This document shows positions 60,461 to 64,000 of a stretch of DNA of 64,000 nucleotides, one piece after another. The notes under the pieces were generated by a model. The model made no database searches. It was given only the letters and a program-made list of their open reading frames with translations, and was not told the origin of the DNA. How positions within the stretch are numbered: position 1 is the stretch's first letter; every line of letters begins with the position of its first letter. This DNA comes from an uncultured Collinsella sp. (GTDB lineage Bacteria; Actinomycetota; Coriobacteriia; Coriobacteriales; Coriobacteriaceae): positions 30,678 to 94,677 of the forward strand of contig URMO01000002.1 in NCBI GenBank assembly GCA_900549085.1, given 5' to 3'. The position numbers and the translations under genes were made by a program.

Positions 60461-62271
60461 TAGGTGAAGGTAGTGACGTCGAACATGCCCTCGGGGCGGA
60501 TGCGGAGCGTCGGGATAACCGGCAGGGGCAGGAAGATGATGCCCATGATGGGGTCGAGCGGCGGCTCAATACCCATAGCGCGCGCCTTGACCATAAAGTC
60601 GTCGTGCTGCGCGGCAACGTCCTCGGCCGTGCCTTCGCTCATCAGGCCACCGAGCGCCAGCGGAATGCGCGCCACGACCTCGCCGTTGCGCACCAGCACG
60701 TGACCGCCCTGGCCCACAGCCTCAACAGCCGCCATCATATCGGCAGCGTTATCACCCACGACGCACACGTTGTGCGAGTCGTGGCCGATTGTGGAGGCAA
60801 TGGCGCCACCGGTGATGGTAAGGCCACGCACCCAGCCGCGACCGATATGCTTGCCGACCAGGCCCAGGCCAGCGGGGCCATCGCCGTCGGCGCCCTCGGC
60901 CTGCAACGACACGCCGCGGCCATGGCGCTCAATCAGCATAATGCGACGCAGGCCCTCGGCGCTCTCGGGGCGAGCCATACCCGTGATGGCCTTACCCGGC
61001 ACCACGTCAATCACGGCCTCGCCCGGCTTAAAGGCATAGTCGAACACGTCGAGCGAAAGCTTCGGCAGCTTAACGGAGGCGCGCAGCTCATCGGCAAGGG
61101 CTGCGACCTCGGCCATCTCGGGTGCAATCTCGCCCACAAAGGTACCGTCCTGCGCCACCAGAGCACCGGCGGCATATACGCGATGCGGAGCCGTGGCAAA
61201 CGTCAGGTCATTGAGCACCAGCAGGTCGGCACGCTTGCCCGGGGCGATGGCGCCGCGGAGCTCGTGCGGGTCGCGGCAGCCGTGGTCCAGGCCAAATGCC
61301 TCAGCCGTGGAAAGGGACGCCATGGAGATGGCGACCACGGGGTCGATACCGGCCTCAATCGCCACGCGGCAGGCATTGTCGATCATGCCGGTCGCAAGCG
61401 CATCGGAAGGGGCGCGGTCGTCGGTCGCAAAGCAGCAGCGGCGGGCACGGGCAGGATTCTCCAGCAGCATCGGCGACAGGTTGGCCAGATCATGGCTGCA
61501 CGTACCTTCGCGCAGCATCACGTACATGCCGCGGGACAGCTTGTCGAGTGCCTCCTCGGGAATCGTCGACTCATGGTCGGCGATAATACCTGCTGCGGCA
61601 TAGGCGTTGAGGTCCTTGCCGGCAACGAGCGGCGCGTGACCGTCAACCTGCTTGGACGGCGTCTGGTTGGCAGCGTCAATGCGAGCGCAGGTCTCGGGAT
61701 CGGCCATAAAGACGCCCGGCAGGTTCATCATCTCGCCCAGGCCAAAGACATCGCCCGGATGCTCGGCAAAAAACGCCTGCATATCAGCAGCGGTGATGAC
61801 GGCACCGGCCTGCTCGTCGGGCAGCGCGGGCACGCACGAGGGCATCATGTACTTGATGGAAATGGGCGCGCGACGACCGTCCTCGATCATAAAGCGCAGG
61901 CCGTCCAAGCCAGAAACATTAGCGATCTCGTGGCTGTCGGCAATAGCGGTGGTGGTACCGCGCGTCGCCGCCATGCGCGCATACTCGGCAGGGCGGATGT
62001 TCGAAGACTCGATATGCAAGTGTCCGTCGATAAAACCGGGGGCAAGATAGCGGCCCTGGCAATCGATGACCTCGGCAGCCTCATACGTACCGGCGGCATC
62101 GTCGCGACCATCGTAGAGCACACCGACGATCACGCCATCCTTGACGGCAACGCTACCGGGTGCCACGCGCTGGCCGTACACATCGACAATCTGTGCGTTG
62201 GCAAACAGCGTGTCAACGGGTACACGACCCTCGGCGGCCTCGATCACAGATCTCATGACCTCAACGGACAT
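60451..62271 (-). CDS. ade: Adenine deaminase
   Basis: ~607 aa from ATG MSVEVMRS, which has an AAAGGAG SD. Amidohydrolase HxH (GFIDGHLHIESS); adenine deaminase family throughout. Confidence 0.85.
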   Translation of the reverse strand: MSVEVMRSVIEAAEGRVPVDTLFANAQIVDVYGQRVAPGSVAVKDGVIVGVLYDGRDDAAGTYEAAEVIDCQGRYLAPGFIDGHLHIESSNIRPAEYARMAATRGTTTAIADSHEIANVSGLDGLRFMIEDGRRAPISIKYMMPSCVPALPDEQAGAVITAADMQAFFAEHPGDVFGLGEMMNLPGVFMADPETCARIDAANQTPSKQVDGHAPLVAGKDLNAYAAAGIIADHESTIPEEALDKLSRGMYVMLREGTCSHDLANLSPMLLENPARARRCCFATDDRAPSDALATGMIDNACRVAIEAGIDPVVAISMASLSTAEAFGLDHGCRDPHELRGAIAPGKRADLLVLNDLTFATAPHRVYAAGALVAQDGTFVGEIAPEMAEVAALADELRASVKLPKLSLDVFDYAFKPGEAVIDVVPGKAITGMARPESAEGLRRIMLIERHGRGVSLQAEGADGDGPAGLGLVGKHIGRGWVRGLTITGGAIASTIGHDSHNVCVVGDNAADMMAAVEAVGQGGHVLVRNGEVVARIPLALGGLMSEGTAEDVAAQHDDFMVKARAMGIEPPLDPIMGIIFLPLPVIPTLRIRPEGMFDVTTFTYAD

Positions 62272-62425
62272 ACATACTCCTTTAACCGTAGAAAAAAGCT
62301 GCGGAGCGGACAGGCCTTCACCGCAGCAAACCAATAGCCATTGTATGCCCAAACGATGGGTCAGCAATACGCCTCCCCGCTTAACGGCACACGCCGCTTG
62401 GCGCAATGGGGCAGGTTGCTTTGGG

Positions 62426-62483
62426 TAGTCGTTGGGGACGTTCTTAAACGACTAGTCATTCAAGAACGTCCCCAACGACTACC
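62426..62483. repeat. Family-3 palindromic element, copy d (perfect)
   Basis: GTAGTCGTTGGGGACGTTCTTAA - ACGACTAGTCA - TTCAAGAACGTCCCCAACGACTAC; 22-bp perfect arms. Confidence 0.9.
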
Positions 62484-62682
62484 CAACAACTACTAACTGC
62501 CGTCCCGACAACAAAAACGCCGATGTTTTGGTACCGACAGCGAAAACCCGCCAGAGCGAGCAAGGTGCCTTGAAACGAGGCGGCATTGACCTTCTGGTCA
62601 TGCCGCCAAAGTTGAAAGGCAGATTGCCGCTCTGGCGGGTTTGCAGCGTCGACCGGTTACGCGGTTTGGTAAAACCGCGTAA

Positions 62683-63894
62683 CTAAATGAGCTTGAAGCC
62701 CTTGCGCTTGCCCACAGAGAGGGTGTCGCCCAGCTTGAGGACGCTGGGATCGATGTTGTAGCTCTTGGGAGCCACGGCCTTGCCGTTGATTTTGACACCG
62801 CCGCCGTCGATATCGCGACGGGCCTGACCGGCGCTAGCCGAAAGGCCCAGGTCCTTGAGCAGGCCGGCGAGGTAGATCTGCCCCTCGTCGTTGACGGTCA
62901 GCTCAACATGCTTCTCGGGGAAGTCGGCGAGCTGGCCCTCCTTGAACACGCGGTCGAACTCGGCCTGAGCCTCGTCGCCGGCACCGGCGCCGTGGTAGGT
63001 GTCGCACAGGTCGCGGCCCAGAGCGCGCTTGAGCTCATAGGGATCGGCGGAGCCGTCGGCCAGAGCAGCGTCGATCTTGTCGACCTCGGCCGGGGTGAGC
63101 GAGCTCGCCAGGCGGTAGTACTTGCCGATCATCTCGTCGGGGATGGACATGGTCTTGCCGAACATATCCTTGGGCGCGTCGGTCAGGCCGATGTAGTTAC
63201 CGTAGGACTTGGACATCTTACGGACGCCATCGGTGCCCTCGAGCAGCGGCATGGTGAGCGCAATCTGGGGCTCCATGCCCATCTTCTCCATGAGCTCACG
63301 GCCGGCGAGCAGGTTGAAGAGCTGATCGGTGCCGCCCATCTCCACGTCAGCCTTAATCATGACCGAATCGTATGCCTGCATCACGGGATACAGGAACTCA
63401 TGCAGGGCGATCGGCGTCTGAGACTGGTAGCGCTTGGTAAAGTCGTCGCGCTCGAGAATACGGGCGACAGTGAACTTGGAGCACACCTGCAGCAGACCGG
63501 CCAGATCCATCGACAAGATCCAGTCACCGTTGTGCACGATGGTGGTCTTCTCGGGATCCAGAATCTTCATGGCCTGGCTCACGTAGGTCTCGGCATTGGC
63601 CTCGATCTGCTCCTGCGAAAGCTGCGGGCGGGTGGAGTTCTTGCCCGAAGGATCGCCAATCAGCGCGGTACCGTTGCCGATGATGAGGGTGACGTTGTGG
63701 CCCAGGTCCTGGAACTGACGCATCTTGCGCAGCGGCACGGCGTGGCCCAGGTGCAGGTCGGGGCTGGTGGGATCGACGCCGAGCTTGATGTTGAGGGGCT
63801 CGCCCTTCTCAAGCTTCTTGCGAAGGTCGGCCTCGGGGACGATCTGCGCGGCGCCCGAGGTGATGATACGCATTTGCTCGTCAACAGACAGCAT
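62683..63894 (-). CDS. tyrS: Tyrosine--tRNA ligase
   Basis: 403 aa. HLGH (DLHLGHAVPL) and KMSKS motifs; C-terminal S4 domain. AAGGAGG SD. Confidence 0.95.
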   Translation of the reverse strand: MLSVDEQMRIITSGAAQIVPEADLRKKLEKGEPLNIKLGVDPTSPDLHLGHAVPLRKMRQFQDLGHNVTLIIGNGTALIGDPSGKNSTRPQLSQEQIEANAETYVSQAMKILDPEKTTIVHNGDWILSMDLAGLLQVCSKFTVARILERDDFTKRYQSQTPIALHEFLYPVMQAYDSVMIKADVEMGGTDQLFNLLAGRELMEKMGMEPQIALTMPLLEGTDGVRKMSKSYGNYIGLTDAPKDMFGKTMSIPDEMIGKYYRLASSLTPAEVDKIDAALADGSADPYELKRALGRDLCDTYHGAGAGDEAQAEFDRVFKEGQLADFPEKHVELTVNDEGQIYLAGLLKDLGLSASAGQARRDIDGGGVKINGKAVAPKSYNIDPSVLKLGDTLSVGKRKGFKLI

Positions 63895-64000
63895 TGGGTA
63901 TCCTCCTTTTGCTATAGCACCCTCGCCGAAAACGGCGGTGCTGGAAGTCCATAAACTCTCTTATGATAACAAACTGACGCGACGCAGCATCTACGACAGG

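Noticed and set aside
62272-62420. Purine riboswitch upstream of adenine deaminase
   Set aside because: I could not recognise the conserved purine-riboswitch junction sequences in the leader. This needs a covariance-model scan, so no feature is called.

Overview
This is a high-GC (~62%) chromosomal segment that looks actinobacterial, probably Coriobacteriia-like (anaerobe gene content, GGAGG ribosome-binding sites, frequent GTG/TTG starts). I predict about 49 protein genes, two tRNAs (Glu-CTC, Gln-CTG), no rRNA and no CRISPR/cas.

Most of the window is housekeeping, in four blocks:
- Metals and redox: a copA-copZ-csoR copper module with a CsoR operator, an Nramp/MntH transporter, and a rubredoxin plus flavin-reductase pair.
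- Metabolism: gltBD glutamate synthase, a MurNAc catabolic locus (murR-murQ-PTS-mupG), split transketolase, adenine deaminase, two Cof-type HAD hydrolases, and an ACT-domain protein next to a citrate-synthase-family protein.
- Translation and RNA: smpB, RNase R, prfB, rpmE and tyrS.
- Envelope and secretion: ftsEX and secA.

Two parts stand out as non-routine:
1. The first ~16 kb is a Ser/Thr-phosphosignalling island. It holds 3 Hanks-type kinases, 1 PP2C phosphatase, 2 FHA proteins and zinc-ribbon membrane proteins. Its core is a six-gene, translationally coupled operon (298..9665, minus strand) that also carries a ClpB-D2-type AAA+ ATPase and an orphan NrdG-like radical-SAM activase. The terminal kinase has twelve N-terminal ETVTV repeats that look like a multivalent phospho-Thr docking array for FHA domains.
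2. The intergenic DNA is packed with three unrelated families of palindromic repeats. Family 1 forms five CRISPR-like but cas-less arrays, 18 units in total, each a 16-bp perfect stem around a 25-nt loop on a strict 80-bp period. Families 2 and 3 are single 60-80 bp hairpin elements, three of which donate the last codons and stop codon of flanking genes.

Other structured non-coding elements worth a look include a 26-bp perfect inverted repeat upstream of ftsE and a nested hairpin in the secA leader.
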